From a bacterium (lineage in GTDB: Bacteria; Patescibacteriota; Minisyncoccia; Phycocordibacterales; UBA5272): 64,000 nucleotides of DNA. The position numbers and the translations under genes were made by a program. Shown one piece after another: positions 19,104 through 28,180 of this stretch. Each line of letters opens with the position of its first letter. Positions within the stretch are counted from its first letter, which is position 1. The stretch lies in the NCBI GenBank assembly GCA_043771335.1, contig JAYVHM010000001.1, positions 28,773 to 92,772 of the forward strand, given 5' to 3'. Below the pieces are notes generated by a model. It did no database searches and was not told the origin of the DNA. It worked only from the letters and a program-made list of their open reading frames with translations.

Positions 19104-19131
19104 AAAACGCGTTAAAACATTAACGCGTTTT
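19104..19131. terminator. Bidirectional intrinsic terminator
   Basis: AAAACGCGTTAA-AACA-TTAACGCGTTTT. Confidence 0.6.
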
Positions 19132-19166
19132 ACTGTGGTTATTTTTATGGTTATTTTATTCTTGTA

Positions 19167-19946
19167 TTATGTTACCAAAGCAAATAATACAGGACAATCA
19201 AAACCGCTATCACGATCATCTTTGAAACTTATTCTTGGTTTGATGTAACCCAAAAGATTATCTATTTGAATTCTACTGGCATCATCCACATCAAAGAGAA
19301 TAAAATTATTAGCAACAGTCCTATTACTTATTTCTTTTTTATAAAATAAATAAGCTAAAGCATTTGGACTATTCACAAAATCTTCTGTAATATCTTTGAG
19401 GTTTTTCATACCAATACCATGACCTGGGGAGAATAATGTCTTAACGATGATTACACTGGCATCTCTTTTTTGTTTTAGCATGCGTAACTCTAGAAGTATT
19501 AGTTCGTAAATCTTGCTAGTTTTTTCTTTAGCTACATCAAGGTAATTTGGAGCAATACTATCTGTTCCACCTGGATACAGTATATGAAAAATATCTTGCC
19601 ATAAATCATCGTCAGATGCCGGAGCAAAAGCAAGGAAGGTGGTAAGTGGGTAAGCTGCTGTAATTTCTAGTCCTTCAGAATAATTAGAACATTTGACTAC
19701 AGTCTGTCCTTCTTTTAGATTTGGACTTTTCAGTTTTATAAATTTCTCTAATTTTCTAATTTTTACTGTTGCTTCTGCTTGAGTATTCTTATAGATATCA
19801 TTAATTGATTTCTGAAGTCGTACAACTTCAAAGAGTTTCTTGTCTGTAATATTATGCTTATAGGCTAGAAAGATTCGATTATTTTTAATAAGTCCGATCA
19901 TAAACTTACGCAGATCTAAGGCTTCTAGTTTTGTAAATTCTACCAT
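19167..19946 (-). CDS. Hypothetical protein (259 aa)
   Basis: A long ORF with no motif recognised. Confidence 0.45.
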   Translation of the reverse strand: MVEFTKLEALDLRKFMIGLIKNNRIFLAYKHNITDKKLFEVVRLQKSINDIYKNTQAEATVKIRKLEKFIKLKSPNLKEGQTVVKCSNYSEGLEITAAYPLTTFLAFAPASDDDLWQDIFHILYPGGTDSIAPNYLDVAKEKTSKIYELILLELRMLKQKRDASVIIVKTLFSPGHGIGMKNLKDITEDFVNSPNALAYLFYKKEISNRTVANNFILFDVDDASRIQIDNLLGYIKPRISFKDDRDSGFDCPVLFALVT

Positions 19947-20106
19947 TTGATTTTCTCCAATAAGATTATCAGTTTAAAAAGGGCAATGACTTTGCAATTA
20001 ATGCATTCGTCAAAAAAAACTATAACACTTTTTTATGATAAAAGCAAATTAAAGGTTTGGCTAATTTTAAAATTATGGAAAAATGATAATATCTATAATG
20101 TTTCTA

Positions 20107-20115
20107 TGTTATAAT
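20107..20115 (+). promoter_or_regulatory. Extended -10 TGTTATAAT
   Basis: Exact motif upstream of the 20161 gene. Confidence 0.45.
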
Positions 20116-20160
20116 ATATAATCAAATAAAATAATTTAAAAACTAAAATATAAATAAAAT

Positions 20161-20712
20161 ATGAAAACTCAAAACTTAGCTTTTATAGACACAGAGACAA
20201 CAGGTTTAGATGCAGATACACATGAGATAATAGAGCTGGCTGTGGTATTAGTAAGGCAAACAGAAAGACCAGGAAAAGGTCCAAGTATAGAAATAATAGC
20301 TGAAAAAGATTGGAAAATTAAAATGGAAAATCCAGAAGTGGCAGAAGAGCAAGCCTTACGCGTGAATGGTTATAATGAAGTTGATTGGATGTTCGCAGTT
20401 TCACTCGAATCAGCAATGAAAGAGTTTTCAAAGATGACAGAAGGAGCGAGCTTTGTATCTCATAATGTGACTTTTGACTATGCATTTATGCAAAATGCTT
20501 TTAAGAAAACAGGAGTAGATAATAAAATGCACTTTGCAAAATTAGATACCATATCTATCGCCTTTGCGAGACTGTATGATGTTCCTCAGGCCACTTCTTT
20601 TTCATTAAAATCATTAGCTGCTTTATTTAAAATAGAAAATAAAAAAGCACACACTGCACTTGCAGACACAGTTACACTTGTTGAAATATATAAAAAATTA
20701 ATGGCAATATAG
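20161..20712 (+). CDS. DEDDh 3'-5' exonuclease (DNA polymerase III epsilon-like)
   Basis: The three exonuclease motifs are present: Exo I 'FIDTETTGL', Exo II 'HNVTFDYAFM' and Exo III 'HTALADT'. Confidence 0.8.
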   Translation: MKTQNLAFIDTETTGLDADTHEIIELAVVLVRQTERPGKGPSIEIIAEKDWKIKMENPEVAEEQALRVNGYNEVDWMFAVSLESAMKEFSKMTEGASFVSHNVTFDYAFMQNAFKKTGVDNKMHFAKLDTISIAFARLYDVPQATSFSLKSLAALFKIENKKAHTALADTVTLVEIYKKLMAI

Positions 20713-20729
20713 TATATAATATACATAAG

Positions 20730-22346
20730 ATGAATGACATATTTACAAGTCAAAAAAGACAAGATACTTTACTGATAGAAAAATACAGTACTGACGCTAG
20801 CATTTTTAAAGTGACACCAAGAGAAGCTATAGAGTCTGTGGATTTTAAAAATGTAATCGAATCCATAAAAAACAAGGAAAAGTTTTCAGTTAGAGCCGCT
20901 GGAACATGCATGAGTGGTGGGTCGCTAACTAATGAAAAAGTAATACGTATAAAACCTATAAAAAACTTTAAACTTAAATCGGGAGACATAAATACAGAAA
21001 ATCCTTCTGACGACACTCAGAACATATCAGAATACATATGGGTTGATTCTAATATATATATAAAAGACTTATTAGAAGAATTAAAAAAAAGAAATAAGTT
21101 TTTTGCACCTTATACTAGCTCAAAAGACGTTTGCATGTTATCTGGAATGATAGGTAATAACAGTAGTGGAGAAAAGTCACTAACTTACGGACCAACTAGT
21201 AGAAATATTTCAGAATTAAAAGTTATATTAAATACAAAAGAACTTTATGGTGAAGTGTATCACGCCAAAGAAAAGAAAATAATGGAGAGTGATGGCTTAG
21301 AAAGATATGACTACAAATTTGAAGAAGAGATAGTAAATATAATAAAAAACAATCTAGAAATAATAAATAAAAATAAACCAACTACCAATAAAAATGCTGC
21401 TGGATATAACATGTGGGATGTGTACGATTCAGAAAAGAATACTTTTAATCTAACTCCACTTTTTATAGGAGCGCAGGGGACACTAGGTATAGTTACAGAA
21501 GCAAAAATAAAAATAAAAAATATTTTAAAATTTGAGTGTATGCTTATTATACCGCTTAGTAACATACATGAATTACCAAGTGTAGTTAAGGAAGCAGTGA
21601 GTGGTGGCGCCACTAGTGTTGAATGTTTTGATCATGAGACTTATGAATTAGCTAAAATACACATGGCTCAAGATTCAAAACTAGCAAATTACGCTAATAA
21701 TAAAAAAATAGTTATATTTGCAGAATTCTGCAATGATAAAATATCTGTAAATAAAAATAAAATAAATCTATTAAAAAATAATTTACATAAATTAGGAATA
21801 AATAGTTACTTGACAGAAAATATAGAAGAGAGCCAGGCTTATTGGAACATAAGGAGAGCAAGCTTTAAATTACTAAGAGACTTTGCTCCAAAGGGATACA
21901 AAGCGATACCAATCATAGAGGATACTATTATTTCACTCGAACATTATGACAACTACTTAAAAGAGTTGCTTGAAATACTTTACAAATATGACATGCGTTA
22001 TACTTATGCTGGACATATCGGAGATGGATCCATAAGACTAATACCACTTATAAGAAAAGACCAAACAGGAGCAAAAGAGGATATTTTAAATATGGCCGAC
22101 GAAGTATACACACTAGTCAAAAAATACAATGGTAGTATTAGCTGTGATCACAATGATGGACTCGCTCGCACTTATGCACTAAGCATGCAGTATGACGAGG
22201 AAATACTACATATATTCAAAGATATAAAATCTATTTTAGATTATAATAACATACTTAACCCGGGCAAGAAAATCACTCATTGTAAAAATTACAATAATAA
22301 TAGAGAAGCAAGGGAGTATGTATTAAAAAATATTTATCTAGCTTAG
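20730..22346 (+). CDS. FAD-linked oxidoreductase (PCMH-type FAD-binding, GlcD/D-lactate dehydrogenase-like)
   Basis: The N-terminal part has an FAD-binding-domain pattern 'VRAAGTCMSGGSL'. The 538-aa length is consistent with the family. Confidence 0.55.
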   Translation: MNDIFTSQKRQDTLLIEKYSTDASIFKVTPREAIESVDFKNVIESIKNKEKFSVRAAGTCMSGGSLTNEKVIRIKPIKNFKLKSGDINTENPSDDTQNISEYIWVDSNIYIKDLLEELKKRNKFFAPYTSSKDVCMLSGMIGNNSSGEKSLTYGPTSRNISELKVILNTKELYGEVYHAKEKKIMESDGLERYDYKFEEEIVNIIKNNLEIINKNKPTTNKNAAGYNMWDVYDSEKNTFNLTPLFIGAQGTLGIVTEAKIKIKNILKFECMLIIPLSNIHELPSVVKEAVSGGATSVECFDHETYELAKIHMAQDSKLANYANNKKIVIFAEFCNDKISVNKNKINLLKNNLHKLGINSYLTENIEESQAYWNIRRASFKLLRDFAPKGYKAIPIIEDTIISLEHYDNYLKELLEILYKYDMRYTYAGHIGDGSIRLIPLIRKDQTGAKEDILNMADEVYTLVKKYNGSISCDHNDGLARTYALSMQYDEEILHIFKDIKSILDYNNILNPGKKITHCKNYNNNREAREYVLKNIYLA

Positions 22347-23377
22347 TGAGGATGCGTGTGAATATTTTTTTCATTACTAGAAACCAAATATACAGCAATT
22401 ACTGTTGTCAGTGGTATAGCCAATAATAACCCTACAGAGCCGATAAGTGATCTAAATATTTCTGTAGCTATTATTTCTTTATTTAATAAAAATACTGGGT
22501 CTAATTTACTAGTATACATGAGTAAGAGTAACGGTAAGGCAGAACCAACATAAGCAAGGACAAGGGTATTAATCATAGCCCCAGCATGATCTGACCCTAC
22601 ACGCATAGCTCTTTTATAATATTCTGCGTTACTTAAATTTTTATTTGCATGTTTTAACTCAGCCACTATTCCTGCTTGAGTTATAGCACCATCATCCACC
22701 ACACCTATTACTCCTATTATTATGCTAGCTATTACCAGAAGTGGGAAATTAATAATTCCTTCTGTATTAAAATATAAATAAGAGCTTGTCTCATCTACAA
22801 ATCCAGTTATATTTGCATTAATAATAGTTAGATAAGAAATAATTATAGTTATAAAAATAGAAATAGAGCAACCAAGCAATGCAGAATGTGTTACTCTATT
22901 ATTACCATGAGTTAAAAACATAACGGAAAACAATAAACAAATAGAAATAAAACTTGCAACCAGTACTGGATTGTATCCTTTTAAAGTTAATGGGAGTAGT
23001 ATAAAAAATATAATACCAAGTGAGACCAGAAGTGAAGATAGAGCTCTAAGACCTTTTTTTCCAAATACAACAACTATGACAGATATAAATAAAAATAAAG
23101 TTATTAAAATAGAATTATATTTTACAGATTCTCCAAGATTATAATAAATAGAACCATCTATTTCTTTTATTTCCTCTAAAAAAACTCTATCTCCTATCTC
23201 AAAAGCATATCCATTTGAGTATGTGTTTATTATTTTACCGATATTTTCACCTTCTAATATTTCAACTTCATAATTTGGGAAAAGTACTTCAGTATTAGTG
23301 CTATTAATTATTTTTACTACTTCTGATTTATAATTATTAACTTCTGGTAAAATTATTTTAACTTCATTTTTATTCAT
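22343..23377 (-). CDS. YibE/F-family integral membrane protein
   Basis: An N-terminal extracytoplasmic domain is followed by multiple TM helices, and the C-terminal region 'GSDHAGAMINTLVLAYVGSALPLLLL' is typical of YibE/F. Confidence 0.55.
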   Translation of the reverse strand: MNKNEVKIILPEVNNYKSEVVKIINSTNTEVLFPNYEVEILEGENIGKIINTYSNGYAFEIGDRVFLEEIKEIDGSIYYNLGESVKYNSILITLFLFISVIVVVFGKKGLRALSSLLVSLGIIFFILLPLTLKGYNPVLVASFISICLLFSVMFLTHGNNRVTHSALLGCSISIFITIIISYLTIINANITGFVDETSSYLYFNTEGIINFPLLVIASIIIGVIGVVDDGAITQAGIVAELKHANKNLSNAEYYKRAMRVGSDHAGAMINTLVLAYVGSALPLLLLMYTSKLDPVFLLNKEIIATEIFRSLIGSVGLLLAIPLTTVIAVYLVSSNEKNIHTHPH

Positions 23378-23382
23378 ATATT

Positions 23383-23811
23383 TTAAGCACAGGACTTACA
23401 AAGTCCGTAAATATCTACAGAAGGGCTTGTGTTGACAGTAGAAAATTTTTTACTTTTCTTTACTAATTTTTTCAAAGACTCTTCAAAATAGCTGGCATTT
23501 ATTTTCTCCATAATCTCACAGTTATTACAAATAATTTTATGTACTACTTCATCGCTAGTCATCTCATAATGAGCATGACCGTGGTTATAGTCAAAACGAG
23601 ATATAATTCCTGATTCTTCTAATGATGTCAGGTTACGATAGACAGTGGCCTGATCTATATCATATCTTTTCTTTAAATCCTCTATTAATTTATGTACAGC
23701 TACTGGTGACTTGGATTTTGAGACTCGAGTTAACACAGCTAATCTGTGTTCAGTTAATTTTAAATCAGATTCTTTTATTAGACTTACCAATTCTGTTTCT
23801 GTGTATTTCAT
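23383..23811 (-). CDS. Fur-family metalloregulator (Fur/Zur/PerR-like)
   Basis: The protein is 142 aa with a winged-helix 'ATVYRNLTSLEESGII' and the metal-site residues 'HGHAHYEM' and 'CNNCEIM...CKSC'. Confidence 0.8.
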   Translation of the reverse strand: MKYTETELVSLIKESDLKLTEHRLAVLTRVSKSKSPVAVHKLIEDLKKRYDIDQATVYRNLTSLEESGIISRFDYNHGHAHYEMTSDEVVHKIICNNCEIMEKINASYFEESLKKLVKKSKKFSTVNTSPSVDIYGLCKSCA

Positions 23812-23824
23812 ATATTTTATAATT

Positions 23825-24403
23825 TTAATTATGTTTTCTATGAATATTAAAGGTTTTTAAAAGTAATCTTATGACAATTGCAAATAAAGAAGCTAAGGCC
23901 ACAGCTTCTAAAACTTCATGGTATTTTTCATTTATTTCTGTGCCTATATAATAAAAAATAAATGCAGAAATAGGCAAGCCCACTTGTGTATAAACTAAAT
24001 ATTTTATACTCTTTAAGAAAGTTTTTACTTCAGATATTATAATTAAATATGTTCCAAATATCTTAGGCAGTTCATGACCAAAAACAGATAAAAGTGTTCC
24101 CACTCCCAAGCTAGGATTAACATAAAAGGCAAAACCTATGATCGCTCCGTCTAAAAGAGAATGAATAAACTCTGTAAATATTAAAGCTTTTAACTCTTTC
24201 TTATGAGTGTGATTATGCGTAAAGTAAGTAATAAACAAGTAGACAAATATAAAGGAGAAGAAAACAATAATAAAACTTATTTTATTAAAATCATTTGAAT
24301 GCTCAAGTAATGAATCATAAAGTCCAAAACCAATAAACATAGACCCCAGTATTAGTGTAAAAGTTTGTATTTCTTTTTGATAATTTATAAAAAAGTTTTT
24401 CAT
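23825..24403 (-). CDS. Short ZIP-family (ZupT-like) divalent metal transporter
   Basis: Two ZIP signatures are present: the TM4 motif 'HSLLDGAIIG' and the TM5 motif 'GHELPKIFG'. The 192-aa length is short for the family. Confidence 0.55.
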   Translation of the reverse strand: MKNFFINYQKEIQTFTLILGSMFIGFGLYDSLLEHSNDFNKISFIIVFFSFIFVYLFITYFTHNHTHKKELKALIFTEFIHSLLDGAIIGFAFYVNPSLGVGTLLSVFGHELPKIFGTYLIIISEVKTFLKSIKYLVYTQVGLPISAFIFYYIGTEINEKYHEVLEAVALASLFAIVIRLLLKTFNIHRKHN

Positions 24404-24410
24404 GAATTTA

Positions 24411-24426
24411 TTGTATATTTATACAA
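24411..24426. promoter_or_regulatory. Candidate Zur/Fur-type operator palindrome in the divergent promoter
   Basis: TTGTATA-TT-TATACAA is a perfect 7-bp inverted repeat lying 8 nt from the ZIP-gene start codon, between the ZIP-Fur operon and the NAS gene. Confidence 0.4.
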
Positions 24427-24485
24427 AATATATCACAAATGCAAATAACTTGCAACTAGACAATAATTATGTTACTCTATGAAAA

Positions 24486-25247
24486 ATGAAAGATTTAAAG
24501 ATATTCCACAAAATATTAAACTTAAAATCCTTAAAACCTTCAAAAGAAACGAATGAGGCTTTTTCAGAATTAGTAAGATATTCTGAAAATAGCTTTAATA
24601 AAGTTAATCTAAATGAGTTAGAAATATTTAAACTTAGAAAACTTTCTTCTGAAGCAGAGTATGAGATGGAAGTACACTGGGCAGATAAAATAATAAAATC
24701 TAAAAACCCAAATGATGAACTTAAAAAGTTTTGGTATTATAAAAATTATGAAGATCTTGTAACTTTAGAACATATAAATATAATAAGTATAAATAAAAAA
24801 GTAAAGAAAGTTTTATTTGTAGGTGGTGGTCCATTACCACTAACAGCAATAGTATTAGCTACAAAATATAATAAAGATTGTATTGTACTAGAAAAAGATG
24901 AATTAAGTTTTTTAAAATCTTCTGAACTAATATCAAAATTAAAATTGGATAAACAGATAAAAATTATAAATATAAAAGCAGAAAATTATAACGCTTACAA
25001 TGAGTATGATTTAATTTACTTAGCAGCTCTGGTTGGGGAAAATGAAAAATCAAAGACTAAGACAGTCAATTATATCTACAAACGACTATGTAACAAAAGT
25101 TTATTTTTATGTAGATCGTCTCACGGAAGTAGAAAGATAATCTATAACCCTATTAATAAAAATATATTCAAAAAACTAAAACCCTTATTAGAAGTCAGGC
25201 CATATAGCTCCATAATTAATTCTTTTTTTATCTTGCAAAAAAATTAA
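24486..25247 (+). CDS. Nicotianamine synthase-like enzyme (NAS/CntL family, SAM-dependent aminobutyryl transferase)
   Basis: Three blocks align with plant and archaeal NAS. 'LKSLKPSKETNEAFSELV' aligns with 'LESLKPSKDVNILFKQLV'. 'KKVLFVGGGPLPLTAIVLA' aligns with 'VAFIGSGPLPLTSIVLA'. 'LIYLAALVGENEKSKTK...LFLCRSSHGSRKIIYNPI' aligns with 'VVFLAALVGMNKEEKVK...LMLRSAHGPRAFLYPIV'. Confidence 0.8.
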   Translation: MKDLKIFHKILNLKSLKPSKETNEAFSELVRYSENSFNKVNLNELEIFKLRKLSSEAEYEMEVHWADKIIKSKNPNDELKKFWYYKNYEDLVTLEHINIISINKKVKKVLFVGGGPLPLTAIVLATKYNKDCIVLEKDELSFLKSSELISKLKLDKQIKIINIKAENYNAYNEYDLIYLAALVGENEKSKTKTVNYIYKRLCNKSLFLCRSSHGSRKIIYNPINKNIFKKLKPLLEVRPYSSIINSFFILQKN

Positions 25248-25305
25248 AAAAGTTGTAAGATAAAAAATATGCTCCTTCGATAAATTAAAAATTAGAAAGT
25301 AAAAT

Positions 25306-25872
25306 ATGAAAAATGTAGAATTAGAAAGATTATTAAGTTACACAGAAACAGAAGTTAATTCTTTGCTTTTATCTTATGCCGAATATAAAGAACTTTCTAA
25401 ACAAATAGATTTAGGTCAAGTTGAAAATAAATCTAAACCTAGTTTTTCTTTTTTTAAAAATATAGGAAAAATGCAAAACTTGGACCCATTGACTGATGCT
25501 AAAAAAGAATTAAATAAAATCGGTGAGGATATGAAGTTTCAAAATCCCTTGATTTGGCTAACATACAAAGATGTTGCTTATAAAAATGAACCAGGCAAGG
25601 CCTTAAATACATTAAGAGACCTAAGAGAGCATTGTAAAGTAGACGGCATTTGTTTTAGAAGATTTGATGCTATTAATTCTTATTTAAGATCTAAACATAA
25701 CGGACTAGACTTGAACTCTGATTATTTTCTTGCGGCCGAGACTAGACTTGAAATTCTAGAAAAAGATTCTAGATTCATACAGATGTGCCTAGATAAAGAA
25801 TTCATTAGCTGTTGGCATTCTAATGAAAATGACAGATCAGGGAAATGGAAGAATTACAAGATATCTGCTTAG
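25306..25872 (+). CDS. Hypothetical protein (188 aa) downstream of the NAS-like gene
   Basis: An ORF with no motif recognised. Its 3' end overlaps mnmA by 4 nt. Confidence 0.4.
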   Translation: MKNVELERLLSYTETEVNSLLLSYAEYKELSKQIDLGQVENKSKPSFSFFKNIGKMQNLDPLTDAKKELNKIGEDMKFQNPLIWLTYKDVAYKNEPGKALNTLRDLREHCKVDGICFRRFDAINSYLRSKHNGLDLNSDYFLAAETRLEILEKDSRFIQMCLDKEFISCWHSNENDRSGKWKNYKISA

Positions 25873-27029
25873 AGAATACCACCAAGAATCACAGCGCTCT
25901 TATCGTAGACAACAATACTTTGCCCAGATACGGCAAAAAAGTTTTCTGCAATAGGGGTGATTTTTATTTGCACACTATTATCTTTATCATTTATAGACTT
26001 TGTTATATTTAATTTTATCTCATATTTTTCACCCCTATATTTTGTCATGCAAGTATATATTTTGTTTTCATATATTTTATTTAAATCCACAAAACAATTT
26101 ACATCTTTTATAGTAACAATTTTTTCAGGGTTATTTTTATTAGATTCAAAGATTTTGTTTTCGTTTTGAGTTACATATAATATATTTTGCTCAAAATCTT
26201 TTTTATATACAAAATATGGTAGAAAACTATTGTTTATCTCTTTTTTACTTTCTAGAAAATTATTAAAATTAGCATCTACGTTATTTTTCTTTATCACGTT
26301 AAATCCATGTCTTTCACCAATTGTATATAATATAACTCCGTCATGAGTCCCTATTATTTCTCCTGTTTCATTACACACATCACCATTTTTTGGATTCAAT
26401 TCCTTTATTAAAAAGTCCTTCATGCTAATATCACCCAACATGCATATACCCATGCTTTCTTTTTTATCTGCAACATACAGATTATTATCTGTAGCTATTT
26501 TTCTAACTTCAGATTTTTCTAGGTCAGCAAGTGGGAATAATATATCTTTTAAATTTTCTTTTTTAATTTGATATAAAAAATATGTCTGATCTTTATTTAT
26601 ATCCTTAGGAATACATAAAAAATTATTTTTAATATTTGCATAGTGACCAGTAGCAATAATTGCTCCATTCTCTTTTGCATAATTTAAAAATCCATCGAAT
26701 TTTATATATTTATTACACATAATATCGGGGTTAGGGGTGTTATTTTTTGCGTATTCACTAAGCATATAATCTATAACATTATCTTTATACTCTTTCTCAA
26801 GATCAAGTGTTCTAAATGGAATATCAAGCTGCGCACATATACGCATAGCATCTAATCTGTCATTTTTCCAGGTGCATTCTATATAATCTGGTTGCCAAGT
26901 CTTTATAAATACGCCAGTCACATCATATCCGTCCTTTTTGAGTAAGTATGCAGATACAGCACTATCAACACCACCAGAGAGTCCAACATAGACTTTTTTA
27001 TTTCTTTTTTTATTAAAGAAGTTTAACAT
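25869..27029 (-). CDS. mnmA: tRNA-specific 2-thiouridylase MnmA
   Basis: The PP-loop 'VGLSGGVDSAVSAYLL' is present in a 386-aa protein with MnmA domain order. Confidence 0.85.
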   Translation of the reverse strand: MLNFFNKKRNKKVYVGLSGGVDSAVSAYLLKKDGYDVTGVFIKTWQPDYIECTWKNDRLDAMRICAQLDIPFRTLDLEKEYKDNVIDYMLSEYAKNNTPNPDIMCNKYIKFDGFLNYAKENGAIIATGHYANIKNNFLCIPKDINKDQTYFLYQIKKENLKDILFPLADLEKSEVRKIATDNNLYVADKKESMGICMLGDISMKDFLIKELNPKNGDVCNETGEIIGTHDGVILYTIGERHGFNVIKKNNVDANFNNFLESKKEINNSFLPYFVYKKDFEQNILYVTQNENKIFESNKNNPEKIVTIKDVNCFVDLNKIYENKIYTCMTKYRGEKYEIKLNITKSINDKDNSVQIKITPIAENFFAVSGQSIVVYDKSAVILGGIL

Positions 27030-27084
27030 TTATTTATAATAACACATATTTTCAAATACATAAAGGTATAATTTAAAACTTTTA

Positions 27085-27093
27085 TGTTATAAT
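27085..27093 (+). promoter_or_regulatory. Extended -10 TGTTATAAT
   Basis: Exact motif upstream of dnaX. Confidence 0.45.
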
Positions 27094-27109
27094 TTAAATA
27101 AGAAAAAAT

Positions 27110-28075
27110 ATGAGCTTATATCAAAAATACAGACCACAAACTTTTAGTGATGTGTCAGGGCACAGTGACAATATTACTATGCTAGAGAATATTATAAAAA
27201 GTAGTGCTGCAGGGGAAAAAATACCTCATGCATACATATTCTCAGGTAGTCATGGTATAGGGAAAACTACGCTCGCTAGAATATTTGCTCGTGACCTAAA
27301 AACAGATGAGGCAGATATCTATGAATTAGACGCGGCTAGTACAAGTAAGAAAATAGATGACATGCGTAAGATGATAGAGAGTGTGCATACATTACCGATA
27401 ATTTCAAAATACAAAGTATATATTTTAGATGAGGCGCACATGCTAACACCAGAGAGTAGTAATGCATTCTTAAAAACATTAGAAGAGCCACCAACTCATG
27501 TCATATTCATACTTTGTACCACTAACCCAGAAAAAATATTAAGTACAGTCAGGTCCAGATGTAATATAATAAAGTTAGTCTCTCCAACTAATGAAGAGAT
27601 AGTTAATAGATTATCAGAAATATCTAAGAAAGAAAAAATAATTCTGAGTGAAAACAAAGAAGAGGCAAAAAAGATATTAGAATTAATAGCAAAAAATAGT
27701 AACTCATCGTATAGAGATAGTATTACCAATCTTGAAAAGGTGATACATACTTTTGGTGATGATATTAATTTGCAAAATGTAGAGAAGCTGTTTGGTAAAA
27801 CTGACCATGAGAATTATATGGAAATCATAGACCTGCTTTCTAATAATATTGAGAACAAGAAAATAGCTGAAATAATAAAATTCGTTAGTAAAAATTATAA
27901 AGATTTTTCATATAATACTTTTTTAGAGATAATCAGAAATAAGATAATAGAGGAGGGTGGCGAATCTGGATTCTATACTTTTAAAAATTTATTATACTTT
28001 TTAGAAAAAGAAAACACTTACAAAAATTCTCAAGACAAGTTTTCGGCCTTACTTGCTATATTTGGGAATATGTAG
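27110..28075 (+). CDS. dnaX: DNA polymerase III clamp-loader subunit (gamma/tau-like, short form)
   Basis: The N-terminus 'YRPQTFSDVSGH', the Walker A 'GSHGIGKTTLARIF', the DEAH-like 'ILDEAHML' and the SRC motif 'VRSRC' are all present. Confidence 0.75.
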   Translation: MSLYQKYRPQTFSDVSGHSDNITMLENIIKSSAAGEKIPHAYIFSGSHGIGKTTLARIFARDLKTDEADIYELDAASTSKKIDDMRKMIESVHTLPIISKYKVYILDEAHMLTPESSNAFLKTLEEPPTHVIFILCTTNPEKILSTVRSRCNIIKLVSPTNEEIVNRLSEISKKEKIILSENKEEAKKILELIAKNSNSSYRDSITNLEKVIHTFGDDINLQNVEKLFGKTDHENYMEIIDLLSNNIENKKIAEIIKFVSKNYKDFSYNTFLEIIRNKIIEEGGESGFYTFKNLLYFLEKENTYKNSQDKFSALLAIFGNM

Positions 28076-28112
28076 TAGTATTTATTTTGACATAATAGAT
28101 CGTTCTATTGTG

Positions 28113-28142
28113 TCCTGCTGAGCGATCGGCGGGCTAGCAGGC
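28113..28142 (+). other. GC-rich hairpin element in an otherwise AT-rich spacer
   Basis: CCTGCT(G)...(C)AGCAGG forms a stem around the palindromic core 'AGCGATCGGCGGGC'. It is not directly followed by a T-tract. Confidence 0.3.
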
Positions 28143-28180
28143 AACTGCTTTCACCTTGTACTTTTTATTGGAGAATCATT

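Noticed and set aside
25306-25872. The 188-aa gene downstream of NAS as the opine dehydrogenase (CntM) of a staphylopine-type pathway
   Set aside because: It is far too short and lacks any Rossmann GxGxxG NAD(P)-binding motif. I left it as hypothetical.
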